Shown: positions 52,776-61,776 of the stretch, in pieces
How the letters are laid out: each line of letters begins with the position of its first letter
Numbering within the stretch: the stretch's first letter is position 1
DNA from: Dehalococcoidia bacterium
GTDB lineage: Bacteria; Chloroflexota; Dehalococcoidia; Lucifugimonadales; UBA3495
Length of the DNA stretch: 64,000 bases
Assembly (NCBI GenBank): GCA_034423215.1
Contig: DAOUIY010000060.1
Location: 11,305-75,304, forward strand
Reading direction: 5' to 3'
The notes under the pieces: model-generated
Seen by the model: the letters and a program-made list of their open reading frames with translations, nothing else
Told to the model about the DNA's origin: nothing
The model's database searches: none
Position numbers and translations under genes: made by a program

Positions 52776-52996
52776 TAAACCAAAGCCAGGGTGAACACCA
52801 CATCGGGGGCACCTGGCTTGGTGATGGCAGTGGTCAAAATTTTCGTCAAACGTAGGGGCGCATGACCGTGCGCCCCTACCCGAGCGCGCCACCAAATTCG
52901 GCTAATACGTCATGCCTTCAAAGCGAGCATACCGTAGTCGCCGGAACGGTAATGTACATCCCGCTTTGGCATTAGTTCACCAACCAGGTTTGCCGG

Positions 52997-53398
52997 CTAG
53001 GTGCCAATCCAGCCTGAACCGGAAACGTCAATAACTTGTTCGTCGGGGCCACGGTACTTTTCCTCGTAGTAGCCGCGGCCGTCGCCGGCGTGGCCACCGA
53101 CGTTGATGCGCACATTCATGGGGCGGGCGCCTTCGGCTTCCAGCTTTGCCTGAATCTCGTCCATGTCCTCGACCATGAAGCCGAGATGGTCAATTCCCGC
53201 ATAGCCGGCAACGTCGCGAACGCTCTCCTCGTTGCCCTCTTCAATGGACCTCAGGATGGCCAGGTTTATGTAACCGTCGGACAGGTAAAGGCCGGACCCG
53301 GCCTTGCCCACCTCTTCCAGGCCGAAGACGTTGATGTAAAACTGGGCGGTCTTTTCCGGATCGGGGGTGCGAATGGCGATATGCTTAATCCTGGGCAT
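52997..53398 (-). CDS. VOC/glyoxalase-family protein
   Basis: Started at ATG 53398 (AAGGAGGAGA upstream): MPRIKHIAIRTPDPEKTAQFYINVFGLEEV...GIDHLGFMVEDMDE is typical of the VOC fold. Confidence 0.72.
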   Translation of the reverse strand: MPRIKHIAIRTPDPEKTAQFYINVFGLEEVGKAGSGLYLSDGYINLAILRSIEEGNEESVRDVAGYAGIDHLGFMVEDMDEIQAKLEAEGARPMNVRINVGGHAGDGRGYYEEKYRGPDEQVIDVSGSGWIGT

Positions 53399-53527
53399 AT
53401 TCTCCTCCTTGTCCCGGTCTCTCTCCGGTGTTGTTATCCCCGTAGTTTTGTCCCCGAGGCCCAGGTAACGGGCCAGGTACGGGGTTGCTGGGATTATAGT
53501 TTTGGGAAACCTCTTTTTCAACTTGGC

Positions 53528-54055
53528 TCAGCGGTGCCAGCCCATGCCCTGGAACAGGCCGCGCAGGTAGGCTATCTGGCCGCCGTGGGCCACGTTGTCC
53601 CACACCAGTTGGCCCAGAGCGGTGTTCAGGGTATGGTCGCGGGTCTCGGCCGGCGGCGGAAAGGTAACCGCCCGCTCCATGTCCTCGTAGGACAGGGCGC
53701 CGATGTAGTCCCTGGCCGCCTGGCGCGCCGCCTCCTGGTAAGCCAGCAGCAGTTCAACGTCCGGGGCGGCCCAGGCGGCCAGGTCCTCAGGGGACCAGCC
53801 CATGCCCCGGACGTCTTCGGCCATGCCGAATCTTTCGCTCCAGCCCTGGGTTATCCAGAAGGGCTCCAGTCCCTGGAGGCGCTGGTTGATAAAGGTATCT
53901 ATCACCCGGTTCATGTGCCACAGAATCCAGGCAATGGAATTGCACTCCGGCGCCGGCTGGCGGGCCAGGGTTTCGGCATCCAGGTCCTCTATCGCTGCAT
54001 CCACCATGTTCCAGTTGCGGCCCAGGGCCCAGAGTACGGCATCGCCAGCAGCCAT
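53528..54055 (-). CDS. DinB-family (four-helix bundle) protein
   Basis: NSIAWILWHMNRV...WDNVAHGGQIAYLRG shows the DinB_2-like His-triad pattern. Confidence 0.6.
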   Translation of the reverse strand: MAAGDAVLWALGRNWNMVDAAIEDLDAETLARQPAPECNSIAWILWHMNRVIDTFINQRLQGLEPFWITQGWSERFGMAEDVRGMGWSPEDLAAWAAPDVELLLAYQEAARQAARDYIGALSYEDMERAVTFPPPAETRDHTLNTALGQLVWDNVAHGGQIAYLRGLFQGMGWHR

Positions 54056-54225
54056 GATGCGCCTCCTGAGAATGTCATTAGAACGTCAATTTGCGGGAGT
54101 AATTTTGCGGAACAGTATAAGCCAACCCGGTGTAGCCGATAAACCGGGGGCTGTGCGACAATACCCGGGGGCGGCGCCCCGGGCGTTGAAGCCGAAGCCG
54201 CCAATTTAAGAAGGAGGTGGGCAGG

Positions 54226-54588
54226 ATGGACCTGGTCGAGGAACAGTTGCGCAACAGCAAGACCATCGCAGTGGTCGGCATCTCCGATAACCCGGAACGA
54301 CCCAGCTACGGCGTTTCCCGTTATATGCAGGCCCAGGGTTACCGCATCATCCCGGTCAACCCCATGATCGAGGAGGTTCTGGGCGAGAAGAGCTACCCGG
54401 ACCTGAAGTCGGTGCCCGAACCCATAGACATGGTGGACATCTTCCGCCGTTCCGAGTTGGTGGCCCCGGTGGTGGACGAAGCCATTGAGGTGGGCGCCAA
54501 GTACATATGGATGCAGGACGGCGTAATAAACGAGGAGGCCGCCGCCAAAGCCGAAGCCGCCGGCATTCCCGTGATTATGAATGATTGA
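54226..54588 (+). CDS. CoA-binding domain protein (YccU/YneT-like)
   Basis: KTIAVVGISDNPERPSYGVSRYMQAQGYRIIPVNP is the CoA_binding_2 signature. Started at ATG 54226, 8 nt after AAGGAGG (ORF-track GTG is at 54217). Confidence 0.8.
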   Translation: MDLVEEQLRNSKTIAVVGISDNPERPSYGVSRYMQAQGYRIIPVNPMIEEVLGEKSYPDLKSVPEPIDMVDIFRRSELVAPVVDEAIEVGAKYIWMQDGVINEEAAAKAEAAGIPVIMND

Positions 54589-54626
54589 ACCCTCCGGCAA
54601 CATCGCCGCCGGTTCGGCGGCAGCTA
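54577..54626 (+). repeat. 50-bp direct repeat, copy 1 (includes the stop codon of the CoA-binding gene and a GC hairpin)
   Basis: atgaatgattgaaccctccggcaacatcgccgccggttcggcggcagcta is identical to 55116-55165. Contains the hairpin gccgccg-gtt-cggcggc. Confidence 0.9.
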
Positions 54627-54810
54627 GAGGCTCCTTTGGCGAATCACCGAAAAAGGACCAGAAAAACAGAATCCCACTGGCAGTTCGGGCCGCCGGAGAG
54701 TAGATAACTCCGGCGGCCGTGGTTGTTTTTCCTGGTGGCAGATTATCGGACTCCGAGGTATATCGGACAAGTCCGGGCGAGTGTAAAATTGCGGGGCAAT
54801 ATTCCAGGAA

Positions 54811-55080
54811 ATGAGGGTAAATGGCCCAATGATGGAAGACCGTATGAGACGGATGGAAGAATTCTCCCTGCTATCCCTGGACCTCCACCGGGGCATGGAG
54901 GCCACCCAGCGGCAGATGGCTGAGAGCCAGCGGCAGATGGAGGAGAACCAGCGGCAGATGGCAGAGAGGCAGCGGCAGATGGAGGAGAACCAGCAGCATA
55001 TTCAGGAACTTCTGGCGCGCATGACCCAGCTTGTTGCGTTGATTCAGGCGGACATTGTTCGCCTTGATGAATCCCGATAG
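54811..55080 (+). CDS. small coiled-coil protein with QRQMxE heptad-like repeats
   Basis: 89-aa ORF ...MEATQRQMAESQRQMEENQRQMAERQRQMEENQQHIQELLARMTQLVALIQ. Lies inside the segment bounded by the 50-bp direct repeats. Confidence 0.4.
   Translation: MRVNGPMMEDRMRRMEEFSLLSLDLHRGMEATQRQMAESQRQMEENQRQMAERQRQMEENQQHIQELLARMTQLVALIQADIVRLDESR
54907..54990. repeat. 21-bp tandem repeat x4 (cagcggcagatggnngagarc)
   Basis: Read directly. In frame with the ORF at 54811-55080. Confidence 0.85.
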
Positions 55081-55115
55081 CGGCGCTTTGACTTCCCTCC
55101 GGACTCCCCGTAATC

Positions 55116-55165
55116 ATGAATGATTGAACCCTCCGGCAACATCGCCGCCGGTTCGGCGGCAGCTA
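55116..55165 (+). repeat. 50-bp direct repeat, copy 2
   Basis: Identical to 54577-54626, 539 bp downstream. Confidence 0.9.
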
Positions 55166-55411
55166 ATTCTCGGAGTCGGTAGTCAGAATAACGAAACATA
55201 GAACCAGGCAAACTTGACCAGAGCGCCTTTCAGGCCGCCGGGATTGCGAAAAGTCCCGGCGGCTTATCTTGTCCTGTCTCCCTGTCCTTCCGTGGGTGGT
55301 CAAGTCAAAAGCAGAATGCGCAGCAATTATTCAAACTGATACACCTTCTTTCCCTAAATATTTCAACGTTTCGTAAAGAAAAGCTTGTATCTGTTTAGTT
55401 TTCGTAGTTTC

Positions 55412-55440
55412 TTGACACCAAATTATTACTTGCATAATAT
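55412..55440 (+). promoter_or_regulatory. putative strong sigma70-type promoter (TTGACA-17-TAATAT)
   Basis: ttgaca 55412-55417, 17-nt spacer, taatat 55435-55440, in an AT-rich stretch. Lies ~95 nt upstream of ATG 55538, which has an AAGGAGG RBS. Confidence 0.5.
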
Positions 55441-55537
55441 TGAGCTACTCTTATAGGGTCGGAAATCGTTATCCTGAAAGGAATTTGGTCTGACCACTGG
55501 AAATTGAGCAATCAGAAACCAAGAAGGAGGTTCGAGG

Positions 55538-56944
55538 ATGGCAAGTAATGACATAGCGTTAATGGCTCACCTGATGCGGCGGGCCGGTTTTGGCGCTTCC
55601 TACGAAGAACTGGAACGGCGGGCAGCGGCCGGATACGAGGCTACCGTTGAGGAACTGCTGCATCCGGAAAACCAGCCCAGCCTGGAAATGGACGTGCTGG
55701 AACGCCGGTTCGTGGACTGGCGGGAAATGAACGCCCTGGAAGTGAACCAGGCCTACTGGACCTACGCCATGATTAACACTCAGCGCCCCCTGGAGGAGAA
55801 GATAGCACTGTTCTGGCACGGCATTTTCTGCACCGGCAACTCCAAGTGTGAGCATGGCCGCCAGATTAAGTTGCAGATTGACATGTTCCGGGAGCGCGGT
55901 CTGGGCAGCTTCCGCGACCTGCTGATGGACCTGTCCAGCGATCCGTCCATGATTTTCTACCTGGACAACTGCATGAGCCACAAGGACGCCATCAACGAGA
56001 ACTGGGGCCGGGAACTGCTGGAACTGTTCTCCATGGGCGTGGGCATGGACGGCGAGGCCAACTACAGCGAGGACGACGTTAAGGAATGCGCCCGGGCCTT
56101 CACCGGCTGGACCATTACCAACGCCATCCCGCGTTATCCCTACGGCCGCTACGAGGCCGGCTTCATCTACAACCCGGCCGACCACGACGAGGAGAACAAG
56201 ACCTTCCTGGGCGAGACGGGCAACTTCAACGGCGACGACATCGTTAACATCATCGCCAGGCAGCCTTCCACCGCCCGGTTCATCTCCCGCCACCTGTACA
56301 ACTTCTTTGTGGCCGACGACGTGCAGGTGCCCGCCTGGCAGAACACCCCACCGCGGGACCTGGATACCATCAAGATGCTGGAGGACGAATACTTCAGCTC
56401 CGGCTACAACATCGGCTCCATGCTGCGGGTGCTGTTCAACTCTGATGCCTTCAAGAATGCCCGCTTCGCCAAGGTTAAGAGCCCCGCCGAGGCCGTTATC
56501 GGCACCATGCGGGTGGTCAAGGACTTCACCTCGCCCAAGCCGGGCATTCACGGCGTGGCCAACACCATCCGCTACATGGGCCAGGACCTGATGAATCCCC
56601 CCACGGTGGAGGGCTGGCACACCGGCGGCGAGTGGATTGACAGCGGCACCCTGGTGGAACGCATCAACTTTGCCGCCGACCAGGTGGGCAACCTGGACCT
56701 GCCCGGCGTGCAGGACATGGTGGCCCGGGTCGGCTCCGACGGCAACGCCATTTCCGCCGAGCAGGTGGTTGACCACTGCCTGGAACTGCTGGGTTCCTAC
56801 GAACTGGCCGACGAAACCCGCGGTCAACTGATTGACCACGTTTCCCGGGGCGGCGACCTCGTCCCCGGCACGCCCGAGTTTTCCCAGCGGGTGGGGCAGA
56901 CCCTGCAGTTGGTTGTTTCCACGCAGGAATACCAGTTCGCTTAG
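55538..56944 (+). CDS. DUF1800-family protein
   Basis: AHLMRRAGFGASYEELE...YWTYAMINTQRPLEEKIALFWHGIFCT...NENWGRELLELFSMG is the DUF1800 signature. Paired with DUF1501. Confidence 0.8.
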   Translation: MASNDIALMAHLMRRAGFGASYEELERRAAAGYEATVEELLHPENQPSLEMDVLERRFVDWREMNALEVNQAYWTYAMINTQRPLEEKIALFWHGIFCTGNSKCEHGRQIKLQIDMFRERGLGSFRDLLMDLSSDPSMIFYLDNCMSHKDAINENWGRELLELFSMGVGMDGEANYSEDDVKECARAFTGWTITNAIPRYPYGRYEAGFIYNPADHDEENKTFLGETGNFNGDDIVNIIARQPSTARFISRHLYNFFVADDVQVPAWQNTPPRDLDTIKMLEDEYFSSGYNIGSMLRVLFNSDAFKNARFAKVKSPAEAVIGTMRVVKDFTSPKPGIHGVANTIRYMGQDLMNPPTVEGWHTGGEWIDSGTLVERINFAADQVGNLDLPGVQDMVARVGSDGNAISAEQVVDHCLELLGSYELADETRGQLIDHVSRGGDLVPGTPEFSQRVGQTLQLVVSTQEYQFA

Positions 56945-57090
56945 CCCATCCCAAGGGGATGGGGCAACGGATCGTAGGGGCAACCCTTGTGGTTGCCCTG
57001 CCGGATGAACGGCCCAGCTAATCGCAGGGAAGGCGCCCACCAGGGGCGCCCCTACGTAAGGGCTTATAGCCAGGCAAAGGAGAAGAGGAA

Positions 57091-58224
57091 ATGACTTCGA
57101 CAAAGAAAGACCCGGTGCTGGTTGTTCTGCAGCTGTCCGGGGGCAACGACGCCCTGAACACGGTGGTGCCTTACGGCGACCCCCTGTACTCCGACAACCG
57201 GCCCTCCGTGCGGGTGCCCGATGAACAGGTGCTGAAAATTAACGACTACGTGGGCCTTAACCCCAACATGGGGCCCATGAAGCAGCTATTCGACGAGGGC
57301 AAGATGGCCATCATCCAGGGAGTGGGCTATCCCAACCCCAACCGTTCCCACTTCCGGTCCATGGACATCTGGCACACCTGCGAGCCCGACAAGGTGGGCA
57401 CCGAGGGCTGGCTGGGCCGGGCCATCAAGGAAATTGACCCCAGCGCCGAGAACGTGCTCACCGGCGTCAACTTCGGCCGCGGCCTGCCCAGGGCGCTGGC
57501 AATGCCCGGCGTGCCGGTGGCCTCGGTGGGCAACCTGGCCTCCTACGGCGTGCTGACCGGCATTGAGGAAGAAGACCAGCGGGCCGACGCCCTGGACGTC
57601 TTCTCCCGCATCTACTCCCCGGCCATGGGCCGCGGCGGCGTGGTGGACTACCTGTCCCGCACCGGCATGGACGCCCTCAAGGGGGCCGACATCCTGAGCA
57701 CCGCCCCCGAAATGTACTCGTCATCCATCGAGTACGGCAACGACGTGGTGGGCCAGTACATGCGCAACATCGCCCAGACCCACCTGGCCGGCTTCGGCAC
57801 CCGGGTGCTGTACACCACCGCTCCCTACAACAGCTTCGACACCCACGCCGGCGAACTGCAAGCCCACGCCAAGCTGTGGAGCGAGACCTCCCAGGCCGTG
57901 GGCGACTTTATGGACGACCTGCGCGAGCACGACGCCGCCGACAACGTGACCCTGCTGGTCTTCACCGAGTTCGGGCGGCGCGTACACGACAATGGCTCGG
58001 GCACGGACCACGGTTCGGGCGGAATGGCCTTTGTCATCGGCGAGAACGTCAAGGGCGGCCTGTACGGTGAGTATCCCTCCCTGGAGGCGGACAAGCTGCT
58101 GGAAGGCGACCTGCACTTCAACAATGACTTCCGCAGCATCTACACCAGCCTGCTGGAGAACTGGATGGGCCTGGACGCCCAGCCCCTGGTCAACGGCAGC
58201 TTCGAAAAGTTCGACTTCATCTAA
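57091..58224 (+). CDS. DUF1501-family (sulfatase/alkaline-phosphatase-fold) protein
   Basis: LVVLQLSGGNDALNTVVPYGDP...YPNPNRSHFRSMDIWHT...SFDTHA...FTEFGRRVHDNGSGTDHG is the DUF1501 signature. Confidence 0.82.
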   Translation: MTSTKKDPVLVVLQLSGGNDALNTVVPYGDPLYSDNRPSVRVPDEQVLKINDYVGLNPNMGPMKQLFDEGKMAIIQGVGYPNPNRSHFRSMDIWHTCEPDKVGTEGWLGRAIKEIDPSAENVLTGVNFGRGLPRALAMPGVPVASVGNLASYGVLTGIEEEDQRADALDVFSRIYSPAMGRGGVVDYLSRTGMDALKGADILSTAPEMYSSSIEYGNDVVGQYMRNIAQTHLAGFGTRVLYTTAPYNSFDTHAGELQAHAKLWSETSQAVGDFMDDLREHDAADNVTLLVFTEFGRRVHDNGSGTDHGSGGMAFVIGENVKGGLYGEYPSLEADKLLEGDLHFNNDFRSIYTSLLENWMGLDAQPLVNGSFEKFDFI

Positions 58225-58307
58225 ATCGGTCCGATAGAAATGAATGTCGGTAGGGGCAGACGCGGGCGTCTGCCCAGGCCCACACAACGCCTGACAGGGA
58301 GGGCAAT

Positions 58308-59336
58308 ATGACCACCACACGATTCGCTGGAATTACGCTTCAGCCCAGCCACACCATCGGCCGGGCCGAGTTCTCCGGCCCCGGCTTCCGGAATCCCGTG
58401 GCCATGGTCCGGGGCGAGGAAGATACCATGTACGTCGTCAGCCGGTCTTACGACTACCGGCCCGACGGCAAGCGGATAACCATCTGCACCCTTGACGAGG
58501 AATACATCGGGGAGTTCGCCCGGGGCGTCACCACCGCCGGCGAGGGCGACCCCTCCGACGCCGACGGCTCCCTCATCTGGCCCACGGCCATTGCCCTGGA
58601 CAGCGCGGGCAACGTCTATGTGGCCGACGAGTGGCTGAACCGCATATCTGTCTATACGGGCGACGGCGCCTTCACCAGCAAGTGGGGCACGCCCGGCTCC
58701 GGCGACGGGGAAATCGGCAGCCCTTCGGGCCTGGCCATAGACCAGGACGACAACCTGCTGCTGGTTGACTGCGACAACCACCGGGTCCAGAAGTTCACCA
58801 GGGACGGCCGCTACATTTCCCAGTTTGGCGGCAAGGGCGACGGCGACGGGGAGTTCAACATGCCCTGGGGCATCACTATTGACCGCGCGGGCGATATCTA
58901 CATCGCCGACTGGCGCAACGACCGCATCCAGAAGTTTGACCGCAACGGCAATTTCCTGATGAAGTTCGGGACCTCAGGTTCCGGCGACGGCCAGTTGGAC
59001 CGTCCCACCGGCGTGGCGGTGGATAAGGACGGCAACATCTACGTGACGGACTGGGGCAACGACCGCCTGCAGGTGTTCAGCGCCGATGGCGAGTACCTCA
59101 CCCAGACCACGGGGGATGGTTCCCTGTCCAAGTGGGGCAAGGAAAAGCTGGATGCCAACTCGGAGATGTGGCAGGAACGGGACATTGCCCAGGGCCTGGA
59201 ACGGGAAAGGCTGTTCTGGGGCCCCATCGCGGTCACCGTGGACGACGACGACAACGTCTTCGTGGTTGAGTCGGCCCGCTCCCGCATCCAGATCTACCGC
59301 CGCCAGGTTCCCGTGTTCTTCGGGGGGCGACTGTAG
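58308..59336 (+). CDS. NHL-repeat beta-propeller protein
   Basis: Repeated units such as GNVYVADEWLNRISVY, NLLLVDCDNHRVQKF, GDIYIADWRNDRIQKF and GNIYVTDWGNDRLQVF. Six blades. Confidence 0.85.
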   Translation: MTTTRFAGITLQPSHTIGRAEFSGPGFRNPVAMVRGEEDTMYVVSRSYDYRPDGKRITICTLDEEYIGEFARGVTTAGEGDPSDADGSLIWPTAIALDSAGNVYVADEWLNRISVYTGDGAFTSKWGTPGSGDGEIGSPSGLAIDQDDNLLLVDCDNHRVQKFTRDGRYISQFGGKGDGDGEFNMPWGITIDRAGDIYIADWRNDRIQKFDRNGNFLMKFGTSGSGDGQLDRPTGVAVDKDGNIYVTDWGNDRLQVFSADGEYLTQTTGDGSLSKWGKEKLDANSEMWQERDIAQGLERERLFWGPIAVTVDDDDNVFVVESARSRIQIYRRQVPVFFGGRL

Positions 59337-59390
59337 GCAAGCGCCCGGGTCAATCGCAAATCCGGGCAAGCGTGGGCTGGAAAAGCAAGG

Positions 59391-59425
59391 GGCCGGACTG
59401 AATAGTCCGGTCCCGCTCCTTATTC
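59391..59425 (+). terminator. possible intrinsic terminator after the NHL gene
   Basis: Hairpin ggccggact-gaat-agtccggtc (about 9 bp including one G-U) followed by ccgctccttatt. The U-tract is weak. Confidence 0.35.
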
Positions 59426-59565
59426 ACGCCGCTGACTTCTCAATCGCTTTGACCGGCGCCGGCTTGGTGGCCGGGTGGCAAACCTACGGGCTGGTAGCGC
59501 CCCTGAACGGGTATTCCATACTGGCAATACTTGGCGAACAGGGCGGGGCTGCTTCCCTTTGCATT

Positions 59566-59760
59566 CAGGGCAATTGAGTTGAAAAAATATGTCATGCTGA
59601 GCGAAGCCGAAGCATCTAAACTCCAACCCAGCAGCCTGGTTTCGGATTCCGGGGCGTTGTTACCTGCCAGGAGTTTAGACCCATCGGCAAGCTCAGGGTG
59701 ACATTGGCTTCCAGTTGAAGAACCTGCGCAAGTTACCGCAAGCCTGCTATGCAATTGTTC
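59566..59760 (+). repeat. interspersed repeat, family D
   Basis: cagggcaattgag...tgtcatgctgagcgaagccgaagcatctaaa...cggcaagctcagggtgacattg...ctatgcaattg. Confidence 0.8.
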
Positions 59761-59805
59761 TACTCACATTGCATTAGCTCCGGCGCGGTTGCCCGTCGTG
59801 TTATA

Positions 59806-60315
59806 ATGGCGGCGGTCTGCACGGAAAAGCTGCCAGGCCAACCGCTTTACAGACTGTCCCACCGAACCGGAGCAAACGAATTGACTACACAGGAAGAACT
59901 GGTTGCCAGGCTCAGGCCCCTGGGTTTGCGGTTAACTCCGCAGCGCCTCGCTATTGCCGAGGTCGTGGTCAATTCTGCCGACCACCCGTCGGTGCGCGAC
60001 ATTTACGAGCGGGTGCGGGCTTTCTTTCCCTACGTTACCATCGCTACGGTGTATTCCACCCTGGACGTGCTGGAAGAGGCGGGGATAGTACGCGAGCTTC
60101 CCTTTCAGAAGCTTTCCCGCTACGACGCCAACCTTTCGCCCCACGCCAACCTGGTGTGCATCGGCTGCGGCATGGTGGTGGATGCCGACGTAGGGCAGGA
60201 TATGGTATCCGAATTGACCGACATCATCAGCGCCGGCGCCGACTTCGAGATTTCCTCGCAGCGGGTGGACTTTTACGGCTGGTGCCCCGGCTGCCGTCCC
60301 GCCTCCGTCAACTGA
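59806..60315 (+). CDS. Fur-family transcriptional regulator (PerR/Zur/Fur type)
   Basis: LRLTPQRLAIAEVVVNSADHPSVRDIYERV...ATVYSTLDVLEEAGIV...HANLVCIGCG...GWCPGCR (winged helix and two CxxC pairs). Start uncertain (ATG 59806 or TTG 59881). Confidence 0.8.
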   Translation: MAAVCTEKLPGQPLYRLSHRTGANELTTQEELVARLRPLGLRLTPQRLAIAEVVVNSADHPSVRDIYERVRAFFPYVTIATVYSTLDVLEEAGIVRELPFQKLSRYDANLSPHANLVCIGCGMVVDADVGQDMVSELTDIISAGADFEISSQRVDFYGWCPGCRPASVN

Positions 60316-60474
60316 CCCCTTCCAATTCCCTTCTCTCGGGTCCCGTTGGTACGGGCAGCCCTTATCTGCCCGGCGTGTGCCCCAAGCCCCCGTGGTTCCA
60401 GAATCCCCCGCTCAATGCCACCCCGTCTCTACTGCTAAAATGGTGGTAACTCGCCGCTTAACCGCTCGGCGGAG

Positions 60475-61704
60475 GTGACGGAGAAGTTGGCCCGCCTGTC
60501 CCGCCTGTTACTGACAAACTTCCGCAACTTCATGGACCTGGACCTGGAACTTCCAGCCGGGGTCGTGGCGCTGTATGGGGCCAACGCCCAGGGCAAGACC
60601 ACGCTGCTGGAGGCCGCCTACCTTCTGGCCATCGCCCGCTCGTTCCGGGCCGAAAACGAGCGGGAGGTGGTCAATTTTGAGGCGGCCAGGAAGGGAGAGC
60701 AGGCGCTGGTGGGCGGCGCGCTGGAGAAGAACGGCGAGCGCATCTCCGTTTACGTTGGCTACTCCTGCGCCCCCGCCCCGGGTACGGCCCCTGCGGACAC
60801 CGGGGCCGGGTTGCCGGCCTACTCGGTACGCAAGCACATCCGGGTCAACCGGGTGCGCCGCACCGCCGCCGACCTGGTGGGCACGGTGGGCGCCGTCCTG
60901 TTCAACGCCGAGGACATTGACCTGGTACAGGGTCCACCGGCGGGCCGGCGGCGCTACCTGGACATTCTGATTTCCCAGGCCAACCCCCTGTACCTGAAGG
61001 CCCTGCAGCGTTACATGCAGGTGGTCCGGCAGCGCAACCGTCTGCTGAGGCTCATCCGCGAGGGGCGCGCCGGGGACGCCGAGCTGGAGTTTTGGGACGA
61101 CCGGCTGGTCCATGAAGGCTCGTGGTTGAATGGCCAGCGGGCCGGGGCCATGACGCTGCTGGCGCGACTGGGCGCCGACCACCACCGCGACCTGGGCCAC
61201 CCGGGGGCGCGCCTGGCCCTGGAGTACCTGCCCAGCGTGCCCGGTCTGCCCAATGCACCCGGCGGGACCGAGGGGGCAACGCCGGAGGAGGCCCAGACCC
61301 TTTACCAGACCCTTTACCGGGAAGCCCTGGCCTCCCGGCGGCGACGGGAGCTGGCCACGGCCAGCACCACGGTGGGCCCGCACCGGGACGACTTCAAGCT
61401 GCTGGTTGACGGGGTGGACATGGGCGCCTTTGCCTCCCGGGGGCAGGCGCGCACCCTGGCCCTGACCCTGCGGCTGGCCGAGGCATCCTACCTGTTGCAG
61501 GCGCGGCAGGACGAGCCCATCGTCCTGCTGGACGACGTGCTGTCGGAGATGGACGCCGAGGGGCGCGCCCGGGTGCTGGAGAAGATTGGGGACTACGGGC
61601 AATCGCTGATTACCACCACCGACCTGGACCTGGTACGGAGCTTTTTCGGGGACCGGGCCACCTACCTCCAGGTTAGCGAGGGGGCGGTGAGGCCGATGGC
61701 CTGA
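60475..61704 (+). CDS. recF: DNA replication and repair protein RecF
   Basis: LLLTNFRNF...ALYGANAQGKTTLLEAAYLLAIARSFRA (Walker A), FASRGQARTLALTLRLAE (signature), IVLLDDVLSEMD (Walker B). Start is GTG 60475 or TTG 60487. Confidence 0.88.
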   Translation: MTEKLARLSRLLLTNFRNFMDLDLELPAGVVALYGANAQGKTTLLEAAYLLAIARSFRAENEREVVNFEAARKGEQALVGGALEKNGERISVYVGYSCAPAPGTAPADTGAGLPAYSVRKHIRVNRVRRTAADLVGTVGAVLFNAEDIDLVQGPPAGRRRYLDILISQANPLYLKALQRYMQVVRQRNRLLRLIREGRAGDAELEFWDDRLVHEGSWLNGQRAGAMTLLARLGADHHRDLGHPGARLALEYLPSVPGLPNAPGGTEGATPEEAQTLYQTLYREALASRRRRELATASTTVGPHRDDFKLLVDGVDMGAFASRGQARTLALTLRLAEASYLLQARQDEPIVLLDDVLSEMDAEGRARVLEKIGDYGQSLITTTDLDLVRSFFGDRATYLQVSEGAVRPMA

Positions 61705-61776
61705 CAAGGTTGAAGGGATGATGGGGCCGGACCAACCCGCTGTTGCCGCCGCGGCGGGGAGGTGGACAGGCGGGAG

